Notes: generated by a model not told the origin, from the letters alone. Numbered from the stretch's first letter, positions 26,741 through 36,455 are shown. The stretch: 64,000 nt of DNA from Candidatus Multivorans sp. (GCA_965262355.1 OZ253534.1:3425794-3489793); one strand, 5' to 3'. Numbers and translations are program-made.

Positions 26741-29560
26741 CTAGAACCGCAAACTTATTCGCAGCGCCAACCGCCGAGGCAGGTAGTAGAGGCTGGGTAC
26801 GGGTTCCGTTGGATAGCGCCCCAGACTTGCGTTTGACCAGTAGTAGAAGCCGTCCTCGTCCAAGACGTTCAGGAGCTGCAGGTCGACACCGAGCTTGACG
26901 CGGTCGCCGAGCGGGAATTGTCGCGACAGAGCGAGGTCGACGAAGGTCTTGTCCGGCATCCGGCGGTCCCCGGTGTACGGCTCGAGGGGCACCGTCACCA
27001 CGCCCTGGCTCAGGCGGACGCGCGCCGCGTGCCGCCATGGGCGGCCCTGCTCATAGTTGAGGGCGCCGACCGCCTTGAGCTGCCAGGGCAGGTCGACCAT
27101 TCCCTGAGCCCTGAACACCCACGGCCGGTCACCCTGTGAGAAGCCTCCCTGGTAGAGATGATGGTTGGGGTCCCTGCCCTCCGAGCTGGTGTAGAAAGCG
27201 ACGTTCCCGTTCTGCTGGAGCGGGCGAGGCTGCACTCCCTTCGACTCCGACCAGCCCAGCGAGGAGTCCAGAGACCAGCGGCCGGTGTGGCGCTTGCGGA
27301 AGGTGAGAAAGACCCCTTTGTAGTCCTGCTCGAACTTCGTTCCCGGTGGGGCGTTGGCCGCCGAGCCGGGGTCGTTGGCCTTGCGCAGGGTCGGCTCTGT
27401 GACGACGTTCTTGAGCATGATCGTCTCGCCCGTCAAGGGATTGACGTAGGGAACATCCTCGTACTCGCCGTCGCCCTGGATCTGCCAACCGATCAGGTCC
27501 GTCGTTTCGCTGAGGACGACCTGAGCGCCGAATGCATACTCTCCGACCTGCTGCTCGTAGCCGACGGCGAATTGGTCGGTCTGCGGCCGCTTCATCCCCT
27601 TGACCGGTAGATCGAAGTCGTCGTTGTCGACCGTCCTGAAGTAGGTGAAGGGGCCGTTCCGGTTGGCGCTGTAGCCGAAGCGCGCGGACGGCCGGTTGGG
27701 GTGCGGCTGGTTCCACATCGAAACGACGTTCATCTCGTGGTATCTGCCGATGGAAGCCCGCAGGACACCTTGCCGCTCCCCCTCGCCGACCTGGTAGGCG
27801 ATGCCGAGACGCGGGTCGACGCTCGAGTAGTCGATGACATCGGGATAGTGGGGCGTGAACTCTCCGGTGGTCACGCCGCAGTTGAGCTCACTGCAAAGGT
27901 AGGACTCGAGGATCGGCTCGGAGGGAATCTCTCCCTTGTCCTGGTCGGCACGCACGCCCAGATTCAGCGTCAGCCTGTCGCTGATGCGCCACGAGTCGTC
28001 CACATAGAACCCAAGAGACTCCGTGTCGCCGCCGTAGTAGTGCGCTGCGCGGGTGTAGATGTAGTAGTTGGCCCCGAACTTGTAGTAGTACTTGCCGCCG
28101 AAGCCGGGATAGACGGCGCCGGCCTGCTCGCCGGTATTGCTGTACTGGAAACCGAACTTGAACTCGTGGCTGCCGTTCAGGTCGTCGGCGAAGTGGGTCA
28201 CCTTGGCGTGGCCGCGCTGCCACCACACGGGGTAGAGGTAAGGGTAGGTGGGGCCGCCGCTATGGGTTGGAACAGGCGTGTTGTAGTCGATGAGGGGCGG
28301 CTCCAGGCTGCCGGTCGCCGAGACGTTGCGGTCCCTGTTGATGATGTCGTAGAAGTTGGCCTCAAGCACCGTGTTGGCGCCCACCACCGACTGGAAGCCA
28401 ATCCGCCAGTAGGGGATTTCCTCGTACTCGCGGCTGAAGGCCCCCGGATTCGTCTTGAAGGTCCCGGAACCGCCGGACTGGATTTCCAGGTCCTCGAGAC
28501 GGCCGTGAGCCGTCAGCGTGTTCGAGTCATTGATCGACCAGTCGAGCTTCAGGCTGGTGTGCGTGGCCTTGTCGCTGCGGATGAACTCCGCAATCTCGCC
28601 TGGCTCTACCAGCAGGTCTTCCTTGGTCGTGGCCGCGGCGAAGAAGAACAGCTTGTCCCTCTTCAAAGGCCCGCCCGCCCATAGGCTGTTGTTCTCGAAG
28701 GTGTCTCTCACGAAGCCCTGCTCTTCACCGGCCGCGTTCTCGGCCGTGGCTCCGGTGGCAGTCGTGTCTTCGAACTCACCGGTGTGGGAAAAGCGCCCGT
28801 GGAAGGTGTTGGTTCCCGACTTGGTGACGATGTTGACCGCGGCTGAGGTCATGTTGCCGTACTCGGCTGGGGCGCCGACGCCGAGCACCTGGATTTCCGC
28901 GATGGTGTCGGGATCGGTCCAGCCACCGAAGATGTTGCCGCTGTCCGGGAAGCTGCTGTCGAGCCCATCGACGTTCCAGGCCACGGAGGCCTGATCGCGA
29001 CCGTATCCCGTGGTGTGCCCCGCATAGGCGCCGACGTTGCCGAGGCGGCCGGGCATGCTCATGCCGGGAGCCATCAGGGCGAGCTCCTGGAAGTTGCGCT
29101 GGGTTGTCGGCTTCGCGTCGATGAGCTCTTCGGAGTAGCTGACGCTGCCTGAGGAACTCGTCACGTCAAGGACCGGCGCCTCCGAGGTCACCGTGATCGC
29201 CTCTTCGACTCCTTCGACCCGCATGGAAAAGTCCACGACAGCAACGCCCGAGATCGAGACGCGGACGTCTTCCACCGACTCCGCCTCCAGCCCCTCGAGA
29301 GTCGCGGTGAGCGTCACCACACCGGGAGGAAGCCCGGCGATCAGATAGTCGCCGTTGACACCGGACATGGATGTGCGCTCGCCGCGCACGACGTCGCCCG
29401 TAGCCTCTACCAACACTCCTGGCAGCGGTTCTCCCTCCGCCGAGCGCACCGTCCCGCGTACCGTTCCGACGTTCTGGGCGTAGGCCGCCGTCGCTGCCAC
29501 GAGGACGAGGACGCCCAAGGCGAGAAGACTCGTCGCGGCGGAACTAGGAGATGACTTCAT
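26741..29560 (-). CDS. TonB-dependent outer-membrane receptor with N-terminal carboxypeptidase-regulatory-like domain
   Basis: Signal peptide, then QNVGTVRGTVRSAEGEPLPGVLVEATGDVV…GDYLIAGLPPGVVTLTA (CarbopepD_reg-like). 939 aa. The beta-barrel C-terminus ends …LALRISLRF. Confidence 0.8.
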   Translation of the reverse strand: MKSSPSSAATSLLALGVLVLVAATAAYAQNVGTVRGTVRSAEGEPLPGVLVEATGDVVRGERTSMSGVNGDYLIAGLPPGVVTLTATLEGLEAESVEDVRVSISGVAVVDFSMRVEGVEEAITVTSEAPVLDVTSSSGSVSYSEELIDAKPTTQRNFQELALMAPGMSMPGRLGNVGAYAGHTTGYGRDQASVAWNVDGLDSSFPDSGNIFGGWTDPDTIAEIQVLGVGAPAEYGNMTSAAVNIVTKSGTNTFHGRFSHTGEFEDTTATGATAENAAGEEQGFVRDTFENNSLWAGGPLKRDKLFFFAAATTKEDLLVEPGEIAEFIRSDKATHTSLKLDWSINDSNTLTAHGRLEDLEIQSGGSGTFKTNPGAFSREYEEIPYWRIGFQSVVGANTVLEANFYDIINRDRNVSATGSLEPPLIDYNTPVPTHSGGPTYPYLYPVWWQRGHAKVTHFADDLNGSHEFKFGFQYSNTGEQAGAVYPGFGGKYYYKFGANYYIYTRAAHYYGGDTESLGFYVDDSWRISDRLTLNLGVRADQDKGEIPSEPILESYLCSELNCGVTTGEFTPHYPDVIDYSSVDPRLGIAYQVGEGERQGVLRASIGRYHEMNVVSMWNQPHPNRPSARFGYSANRNGPFTYFRTVDNDDFDLPVKGMKRPQTDQFAVGYEQQVGEYAFGAQVVLSETTDLIGWQIQGDGEYEDVPYVNPLTGETIMLKNVVTEPTLRKANDPGSAANAPPGTKFEQDYKGVFLTFRKRHTGRWSLDSSLGWSESKGVQPRPLQQNGNVAFYTSSEGRDPNHHLYQGGFSQGDRPWVFRAQGMVDLPWQLKAVGALNYEQGRPWRHAARVRLSQGVVTVPLEPYTGDRRMPDKTFVDLALSRQFPLGDRVKLGVDLQLLNVLDEDGFYYWSNASLGRYPTEPVPSLYYLPRRLALRISLRF

Positions 29561-30083
29561 ACTTCCCTCTCTCTAACGATGTTGGTGGGCGGCGGTTACG
29601 TTAGGGGGGTACTCCTTGGCAGTCAAGGGACAATTCTTAGCGCATATGAGTAAATGTTAGCGGTGGTCCGTGCGGAAAGGCCGAAGTCGGCCACGTCAGG
29701 GCTCAACGCCGACGACCACGAGCGGCATCGGCTGGTCTTGAGCGGCCTGGTGAACCTCCGCTGGGGATTCACTTCGCGCCGCACCCTGACCGTTGACGCC
29801 CAGGCGGCGATATTGCGCTGTTCTGGCAATGGGTCTACGTGAGCTCGCTCTACATGGTGAGCTTCTACGTGGCCAAGGGACACGAATCCCTCGGCAGGGT
29901 GGAGCGATGGGTCTGGGTGTGGGCGCCCAACTCGGTGTGGATACTCGTCCCCCTGGTAGGGCTGTTCGTATCCGTTCGCCTGATCCCCGACGGGACCTAT
30001 GGCGTACTGGGCGACTGACGTCGCCGGGCCCGCCGCAGGCGTCGCTGAGCGCGTCGCCTCTCGCTACCTGACGGCCGACGGAA

Positions 30084-31448
30084 TCAGCGACCGCCGCTGG
30101 TCTCGGCTGCCGCTGCTCTCGCTTCGCTCTGCTTCTGCCGGAACTCGCGCAGTTGCTGCATCTGGACCTTCAGTGCATCGGGCACGATGAAGGTGGGCAT
30201 GTTGGTCTGCTGGCTGGTGTCCGTGAACGTGTAGTGGATGAAGCCGACCATCATCTCGTCGGTCGTCGCCTCGCCCCACATCACGTCCGCCGTCGGATCG
30301 GGGTTCGACAGGTTGTCGGCCGAGTTGTCGAACGTTGCGTCGACGCGAATGGTCGTGCCGGCTGGAATCACCCTGGGCTCTGTCGGCGTGTAGGTGAGCT
30401 GCCAGTTGAAGTCGTACTTCGGCACGTCGAGCAGAATGTCCTTCCCGCCGTCGGGGTACTCGGCCGTGAACCTCATCGTCTTGCCCCGCAGGTGCATGTG
30501 AGGCGTGAAGTCGAAGAGCACCGCCTCGTGCTCGGTGGTGTACGAAGACCACGACTGGTAGTTGCTGTCGCCCGCCGGAATGTTCAGCGCCGGATCCACC
30601 AGCCACAGCGTCTCCACCACGTTCTCGGGCTTCTCGTCGTGGAAGTAGAGGCCCATGGTCGTCTGGTCGGTGCCGCCGGTGCCCGCGCCCGGAGTCTTGT
30701 GGTAGTGCATCTGGAAGAACAGCGTGCTGTTCGGCGGCATGCGCATCCCGTGCCCTTCGGCAAACTGAAGCGGCGCAACACCGGGTCCCCAGCCGCTCAC
30801 GAAGGTGAGGTCCAGACTTCCCGTCCGGCTCTGCACGCCGGCGAGTGTGGCGTCGGGCGGCGCGAGGTAGGTCAACTGGTGATGCACCGCTTCGACGAAT
30901 CCGGGGTGGATCTCGATCGCCCTGATCCAGCGTTCTTCGTTGACCGGGTTGTCCACCTGGAGCCACTCGTAGTGATCCTCAACGTCATCGGAGACCTGGA
31001 ACTCCGGTCCCGTGTAGACGGCGTCCGGCGTACCGAGCTTCCAGTCCGAAGAGAAGCTGGGAGGCTCCGGCGCCCGCGCAAGGTCACCGACCGGCGCGCC
31101 CGCGGCCACCCAACGGCTCAATGTCTCGATCTCGGCGTCCGTGAGGCTCGGGTCCTCCACGAACTCCCCGTGCTCCGGGCTCGCGAACCACGGTGGCATG
31201 GAGCGCTCGGTGACGACCCGGCGGATCGACTTCGCCCAGGGGCGCGTCTCGTCGAAGGTCAACAGCGACATGGGCGCGGTCTGTCCGGGTCGATGACAGC
31301 TCGCGCAGTTCTCGTGCAGGATCGGTGCGACGTGGTCCGACCAGGTCACCTCAGCGGGGTCTGCCGCGTTGTTGGCTGCCGGCGCCGCGACGACCGCGCT
31401 CGCGAGGAGCGGGAGGCCGAGAACGAGAAGGGGGAGACGGGACTTCAT
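30084..31448 (-). CDS. Secreted mono-heme cytochrome c domain fused to a PHM/DBH-like copper monooxygenase domain (putative)
   Basis: Signal peptide MKSRLPLLVLGLPLLASAVVA. CASCH heme-c motif. His clusters HHQLTY, HYH and HMHLRGK plus Met-rich stretches recall the CuH/CuM sites of peptidylglycine/dopamine-beta-hydroxylase-type monooxygenases. Confidence 0.4.
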   Translation of the reverse strand: MKSRLPLLVLGLPLLASAVVAAPAANNAADPAEVTWSDHVAPILHENCASCHRPGQTAPMSLLTFDETRPWAKSIRRVVTERSMPPWFASPEHGEFVEDPSLTDAEIETLSRWVAAGAPVGDLARAPEPPSFSSDWKLGTPDAVYTGPEFQVSDDVEDHYEWLQVDNPVNEERWIRAIEIHPGFVEAVHHQLTYLAPPDATLAGVQSRTGSLDLTFVSGWGPGVAPLQFAEGHGMRMPPNSTLFFQMHYHKTPGAGTGGTDQTTMGLYFHDEKPENVVETLWLVDPALNIPAGDSNYQSWSSYTTEHEAVLFDFTPHMHLRGKTMRFTAEYPDGGKDILLDVPKYDFNWQLTYTPTEPRVIPAGTTIRVDATFDNSADNLSNPDPTADVMWGEATTDEMMVGFIHYTFTDTSQQTNMPTFIVPDALKVQMQQLREFRQKQSEARAAAAETSGGR

Positions 31449-31587
31449 GGGTTCTCCTTGCCGGGTGGAGTCCGTGGACTCCGACACCTGGGACGGAACT
31501 GCGTTAGACGGTGATTGTAGCCGGAGGAGCGTACGCCACAGAACATGGGGTACGCCGATCTTCCTGCCGCGCACGCTGCTAGCGCTC

Positions 31588-32559
31588 TCAGTCGAACGCC
31601 GCCAGGATCTCGTCGTCGATCTGCTGCCACGACTCCGGCTGGTTGGGGACGCCGCACAGGATGATCTCCTCGGCGCCTGCCTCGATGTACTGCTGCAGCA
31701 GGTCCTGAATGGAGGGGGCGGTACCCCAGCAGTACCAGGGCCGGCCGGGTGACTTTGCGGCTTCCTGGTCGTTGGCGAAGAGCCGGAAGGGCAGGGCGAC
31801 GGTCCTCTTGATCTCCGCCGGATCGCGTCCGGCGTCCTCGCAGTGACGGTCCAGGACCTCCTGCTTGTGCCGGAAGACATCGACGCCGCCCGGGTGCCAG
31901 AAGTCCAGGTTGCTGATGTCGCCGTAGCGGGCGCAGGTGCGGAGCGTCCGCTTTTCGCCGTTGCCGCCGATCAGGATCGGGATATGGGCCTTCCGGCTAG
32001 AACGCGGCCTGGTCGAACCCGGCGCGAGGGGCGCTTCGTCCAGCCGATAGTGGCGCCCCTCGAACGTGATCTTCTCGTCGTCCTTCTTGGTGAACAGCAG
32101 ACGGATGAGCTGAGCCGCCTCCTCCAGGCGATCGCAGCGCTCGCGAACCGAGGGGAAGTCCCAGCCGTAGGCCTGGTGCTCGCGCTCGAACCAGGCGGCG
32201 CCGATCCCCAGTTCCATGCGTCCGCCGCTGATGTGGTCGACGCTGGCGCAGATCTTCGCCAGGTGCGCGGGATTGCGGTAGGTGATGCCGCAGGCAAGCG
32301 TTCCCAGCCGCACGCGCTCGGTCAGCATCGCCGCCGCGGTGATCAGGGTCCAGACTTCGAGCGCCGACTTGTGCTCGTCGTTGGGGGCCGCGGGCGGCAG
32401 GAAGTGATCCGAGAACCAGAGGCTGCGCCAGCGTCCGTTCTCGATCGTTTGAACGGTGGCCTCGATCTGCGGCCACGGCAGGCGGTAGCTGCTGAGCTGG
32501 GCGCCGAACCCGGTTGGCGCGCTTCGCGCCAACCGTGAACCGGTCCGTGCGCCCGTCAT
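31588..32559 (-). CDS. LLM-class flavin/F420-dependent oxidoreductase (luciferase-like monooxygenase family)
   Basis: …RWRSLWFSDHF…LGTLACGITYRNPAHLAKICASVDHISGGRMELGIGAAWFEREH…. Confidence 0.8.
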   Translation of the reverse strand: MTGARTGSRLARSAPTGFGAQLSSYRLPWPQIEATVQTIENGRWRSLWFSDHFLPPAAPNDEHKSALEVWTLITAAAMLTERVRLGTLACGITYRNPAHLAKICASVDHISGGRMELGIGAAWFEREHQAYGWDFPSVRERCDRLEEAAQLIRLLFTKKDDEKITFEGRHYRLDEAPLAPGSTRPRSSRKAHIPILIGGNGEKRTLRTCARYGDISNLDFWHPGGVDVFRHKQEVLDRHCEDAGRDPAEIKRTVALPFRLFANDQEAAKSPGRPWYCWGTAPSIQDLLQQYIEAGAEEIILCGVPNQPESWQQIDDEILAAFD

Positions 32560-32648
32560 CGGGCGCTCGGCTGAACATTCCATGGGGCCGAAGCTACCTC
32601 AAGTGGTACGCTGTTCCAAGTTTGTTTCCAGCGAGTGCGGAAGTCGAG

Positions 32649-33283
32649 ATGACCCTGGAGGAGCTCAAACGAGACTTCGATCGGGACGGTTACGTCGTCC
32701 TCCGTGGCTTCCTCTCGCCTGAGGAGGTCGAGGAGTTGCGCGCCCACGCCGAGCGATGCCTGAGCCAGGTCAAGAGAGGCGAGGAATACCCGGCGTCGCC
32801 AAGAACCTGAACAAGGTCGATCCCTGGTTCGAGGATCAGCTCGTGCGCGGCAAGCAAACCGAGCTGATCTCCGCGCTGCTCGAGGACGACCTGGAGCCGG
32901 CGACGGCCGGCTGGTTCGCTCGGCTGCCCGGGGAGACGTCCGGGATCAAGCCTCATCTCGATGCCGTCGGTCACCGGCGGAAGGGTGCCACGATCTGGAT
33001 CGCCCTCGACCGGGCGGACAGGGAGAACGGCTGTCTCTACTACGCGAAGGGCACGCACCGGCAGAACCTGCCGAGTCGCATCGGCCTTCCCGGCTTCAGT
33101 GCCGAGTCCGAGGAGGCGGTGGCGGTCGAGGTCGAGCCGGGCGACGCGGTCATTCACAGCTCGCTCACGGTGCACTGGTCGGAAGCGAACCGCAGCCAGC
33201 GTCCGCGCCAGGCGATCACGTACTTCTACTGGGCGGCCTCGTCCCGGGGGGATGCGGGCGGCGCCAACTCGATACGGCGGTAG
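32649..33283 (+). CDS. Phytanoyl-CoA dioxygenase (PhyH) family protein with an apparent frameshift near 32770-32810
   Basis: N-terminus MTLEELKRDFDRDGYVVLRGFLSPEEVEELRAHAERC in one frame. The remainder (…HLDAVGHRRKGATIWIALDRADRENGCLYYAKGTH…AVIHSSLTVHWSEANRS…) is in another frame. Confidence 0.6.
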
Positions 33284-33379
33284 ATCGACGCGGGAGCCAT
33301 TCAGGCAGCAGTCACGGCGGTGGCCCGGCGCGGCTGCCGATATTGACACTGCTCGCCACGTTCCAATACTGTTCCCAAT

Positions 33380-33616
33380 ATGAAGACAATAGCCGTGACC
33401 ATCGACGAAGAGACGCTAGAGCGTATCGATGAGTTGGCCTCGATCCCTGATCGCTACTCCAGTCGTTCTGCTCTGGTGAGGGATGCTCTTGCCGGATACG
33501 TGGCTCGTGAACAGCGCCTGCTCCAGGAAGACCGAGAGCGGCGGATCATCCGGCGGCACAAGGAAACCCTGGGCGAGGAACTGGCGGCCCTCGTCGCGGA
33601 ACAGGCGCAGGATTGA
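33380..33616 (+). CDS. mazE: RHH/MazE-type antitoxin
   Basis: MKTIAVTIDEETLERIDELASIPDRYSSRSALVRDALAGYV… Overlaps the toxin gene by 4 nt (ATGA). Confidence 0.65.
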   Translation: MKTIAVTIDEETLERIDELASIPDRYSSRSALVRDALAGYVAREQRLLQEDRERRIIRRHKETLGEELAALVAEQAQD

Positions 33617-33948
33617 AGCGAGGAGCGATCTACCGAACCCGGGAGCGGACGCCGGAAAGGGGTGGCAAGCCGGGCTTCTACGTCGTCGTGTCGCGCCCCT
33701 TCATTGCCGAGAACGAAGACATCTCGACTGTTGTCTGTGCTCCGCTCTATCGGGAGCACCTGGGCCTTTCGACGGAGGTCGCTTTGGGCCCTGCCGATGG
33801 CCTGCCAATAGACTGTTCGATCCGCTGCGATTTCCTTGCTCTGATGTTCAAGTCGAAGCTCACTGGTTTCGTTACCGAGCTGCCGTCCGCCAGAATGGTC
33901 GACCTGGACGATGCGCTGGCGAGGGCCGTCGGCATCGAACGGCGCTGA
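33613..33948 (+). CDS. mazF: MazF/PemK-family mRNA interferase toxin
   Basis: MKRGAIYRT…KPGFYVVVSRPF…VVCAPL… matches the MazF/PemK core. Confidence 0.75.
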   Translation: MKRGAIYRTRERTPERGGKPGFYVVVSRPFIAENEDISTVVCAPLYREHLGLSTEVALGPADGLPIDCSIRCDFLALMFKSKLTGFVTELPSARMVDLDDALARAVGIERR

Positions 33949-34037
33949 GAGTAGCTGTCGGGCCGACGCCTCAAGCAGCCCCAAGCAACGTCTTCAGGGG
34001 CAGCCAAGGTACCCACCACCGGATCCTTGGGCTTGAC

Positions 34038-34057
34038 CTGACGTGTCATGACACGTC
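34038..34057. promoter_or_regulatory. 20-bp perfect palindrome TGACGTGTCA|TGACACGTCA, putative phd-doc operator
   Basis: tgacgtgtcatgacacgtca lies ~37 bp upstream of the antitoxin ATG. The same half-site occurs upstream of the paralog at 155-178. Confidence 0.5.
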
Positions 34058-34093
34058 ATGCTCCAGCGGATGGAGGAGACTGGAGGCGAACCG

Positions 34094-34306
34094 ATGTCGA
34101 CGATCAAGATCAGCTCGAAGGTGGACGAGGCGGCCTGGAGCGAACTCCACGACCTGGCGAAGGAAACCAGGCGGACCGTTTCGGGACTGCTGTCCGAGGC
34201 GGTGGAGGAGTACCTGGCCCGGCGCCGCGTACGGCCGGATGTGCTCCGGCATCTGGAGGACTCGCTGCGCGACAACGACGAGTTGGGCAAGCTCCTCGCG
34301 CAGTAG
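34094..34306 (+). CDS. phd: RHH (Phd-like) antitoxin
   Basis: MSTIKISSKVDEAAWSELHDLAKETRRTVSGLLSEAVEEYLARRRVRPDVLRHLEDSLRDNDELGKLLAQ. Paralog of 213-425. Confidence 0.7.
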   Translation: MSTIKISSKVDEAAWSELHDLAKETRRTVSGLLSEAVEEYLARRRVRPDVLRHLEDSLRDNDELGKLLAQ

Positions 34307-34326
34307 TGCTTCCCCGTCACTGAGCG

Positions 34327-34710
34327 ATGGATAGGGTCCAGTTCCTCACGCTCGACGAACTGTTGGCGATCCACGAACGCCTCATCGTGCGCTTCGGCGG
34401 TTCAACCGGCGCGCGCGACCTGGGTTTGGCCGAGAGTGCGCTCTTCCGGCCGCAGTCGGGCTACTACGAAGACGTCGTGGCCATGGCTGCGGCGCTGTTC
34501 GAGTCGTTGCTCATCAACCACGCCTTCGTTGACGGCAACAAGCGCGTGGCCTTCTTCGCGACGGATGTCTTCCTGCGCATGAACGGTTGGAGGCTCGTGG
34601 TCGACGATCGTGAGGCGTACATGTTCCTGATCGGTGGGCTTGAGGCGGGGACGCTGGATCGGGACGCGCTGGACGAATGGCTGCGAGCCTCGGTAACGCG
34701 CCTGGAGTGA
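34327..34710 (+). CDS. doc: Doc (death-on-curing) / Fic-family toxin
   Basis: Fic/Doc motif HAFVDGNKRVAFFA in a 127-aa protein, directly downstream of the RHH antitoxin. Confidence 0.85.
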   Translation: MDRVQFLTLDELLAIHERLIVRFGGSTGARDLGLAESALFRPQSGYYEDVVAMAAALFESLLINHAFVDGNKRVAFFATDVFLRMNGWRLVVDDREAYMFLIGGLEAGTLDRDALDEWLRASVTRLE

Positions 34711-35836
34711 GTGCGGCAGTGGCGAAGCCCGAGTCCGACTACCCCTCCGTGGGCGCCGCCAACTACGGGGTCGTGCTCCTGTTCCTCGCCTACGTGCTGT
34801 CGTTCCTCGACCGCAACATCCTTTCGCTGCTGGTCGGTCCGATCCGGGAGCAGTTCGGGATCACCGACTTCCAGTACAGCCTGCTGGCCGGCGCCGCGTT
34901 CGCGCTTGTGTACAGCTTCGCCAGTCTGCCCCTGGGCCTGCTCGCCGATCGCTACTCGCGCAAGCTGATCGTCGCCGCCAGCGTCGCCTTCTGGAGCCTG
35001 GCGACGGCGGCGGGCGGCCTGGCGAACGGCGTGGGGCAACTCTTCGCCTCGCGAATGGCGGTCGGCGCGGGCGAGGCGGGGCTTGCGCCGCCCGCCTACT
35101 CGATCATCACCGACAGCTACCGTCCGGCCCACTTCGGCTACGCGATGTCCTTCTACAAGACGGGGGTGCGGGTCGGCGGCGGTTTCGCCCTGGTCATCGG
35201 CGGCCTGCCCATCGACTACTACACCCGCATCGGTCCGGTCGATCTGCCGCTCATCGGCACGCTGCAACCCTGGCAGGCGACGTTGGTCACGGTCGGTTTG
35301 CCCGGGGTTCTGCTCGCGCTTCTGCTGCAGACGATGGTCGAGCCGAAGCGCAAGGAGCTGGCAGTCTCGCGGAGCGGAAGGGAGCGTTTGCCGGTCGGCG
35401 AGTTCGTCAAGTTCATATGGGAGCGCAAGCGCGTCTATCTGCCGCTGTTCATCGGCTCGTCGATGCTGGCGATGGCCGGCTACGGCTCCTCCGCGTGGTA
35501 CCCCGAGTTCCTGATCCGCAACTACGGCCTGAGCCGCGGGGCCGCCGGAACGAGCTACGGGACGATCACGATCATCACGGGGGTGGTCGGCATCATGGTG
35601 GCGCCCTGGATCGCGAACCGCCTCGCGGCGCGCGGCTACAAGGACGCCTATGGCCCTTGGCACCAGCACCCTGGCCGCGTTCACCGACTTCCTGTTCCAG
35701 GACGACGCCAAGGTCCACTACTCGCTCGCCACCATGCAGGCGATCTTCAAGCCGGCCGGGGCGATCCTGTTCTGGTACTGCCTGTCGGCGTACCGGAAGG
35801 CGATGGCGGAGGCGGGGAAGTGGGAGGTGGACTGAG
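34707..35836 (+). CDS. MFS transporter with an apparent single-nt frameshift near 35640-35660
   Basis: …YVLSFLDRNILSLLVGPIREQFGITDFQYSLLAGAAFALVY… (MFS signature region). After …ARGYKDAY the frame degenerates. The true C-terminus (LGTSTLAAFTDFLFQDDAKVHYSLATMQAIFKPAGAILFWYCLS…) is in the frame of ORF 35650-35835. Confidence 0.65.
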
Positions 35837-35848
35837 GGGAGCGCCGCG

Positions 35849-36184
35849 TCAGGTCAGCACCCGCAGCGCGGCCTCGGGAGCCTTGTCGAGTACTCGCAGC
35901 AGGGCGCGCGCCGCGCCGGTCTGGCAGCGCTTCCCCTGTTCCCAGTTGCGGATCGTCTCGTGCGGCACGTCGATGCGCCGCGCAAACTCCATCTGACTGA
36001 GCCCCAGCCGCCGGCGGACCCGGCGCGCGTACCGCGCCACGTCTTGCATCGCCTCGGCGTCATCCTCGCGCTGCTGCAAGCCGATCTCCGCCTCTGTGGT
36101 GCTGTCCACCTTCGCAGCGTCGATCCTCCCTTCGGGAAAGGTCGCCGGATCGTCGGGATCAATCCTGACGCGCGTTGTGCTCAT
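35849..36184 (-). CDS. HTH (XRE-family) antitoxin partner of a BrnT-like toxin
   Basis: …EAMQDVARYARRVRRRLGLSQMEFARRIDVPHETIRNWEQGKR… HTH. Overlaps the toxin gene by 26 nt. Confidence 0.6.
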   Translation of the reverse strand: MSTTRVRIDPDDPATFPEGRIDAAKVDSTTEAEIGLQQREDDAEAMQDVARYARRVRRRLGLSQMEFARRIDVPHETIRNWEQGKRCQTGAARALLRVLDKAPEAALRVLT

Positions 36185-36455
36185 AGTTCGCGACCTCCTT
36201 CCTGTTGGCCTTGCGGGCCGAGATAATGCGGGTTGCCGAACCCCGTATCGTGTAGACGACGTAGGTCCGCCCGTCGATCATGCCGAGCAGCCTGTACCGA
36301 TCCTCGCCATAGTCCCGTCGCCGATCCTGGGCGACGATTCGGTGCGGATCGAAAAAGGCGCGGACGGCATAGGCGAAGTCGAAGCCGCGACGCTCGAAGC
36401 AGGCATCGTTCTTCGCCTCGTCCCACTCGAACTCCATCCCGATCGTATAGGCCAT
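36159..36455 (-). CDS. brnT: BrnT-family (DUF497) ribonuclease toxin
   Basis: MEFEWDEAKNDACFERRGFDFAYAVRAFFDPHRIV…RIISARKANRKEV. Confidence 0.75.
   Translation of the reverse strand: MAYTIGMEFEWDEAKNDACFERRGFDFAYAVRAFFDPHRIVAQDRRRDYGEDRYRLLGMIDGRTYVVYTIRGSATRIISARKANRKEVANYEHNARQD

Noticed and set aside
29654-30080. Possible small membrane-protein ORF (…WVYVSSLYMVSFYVAKGHESLGRVERWVWVWAPNSVWILVPLVGLFVSV…) between the TonB receptor and the cytochrome c gene
   Set aside because: The frame lacks a start codon giving at least 60 aa and is split across frames. It may be a remnant of a membrane-protein gene, but support is too weak to call a feature.
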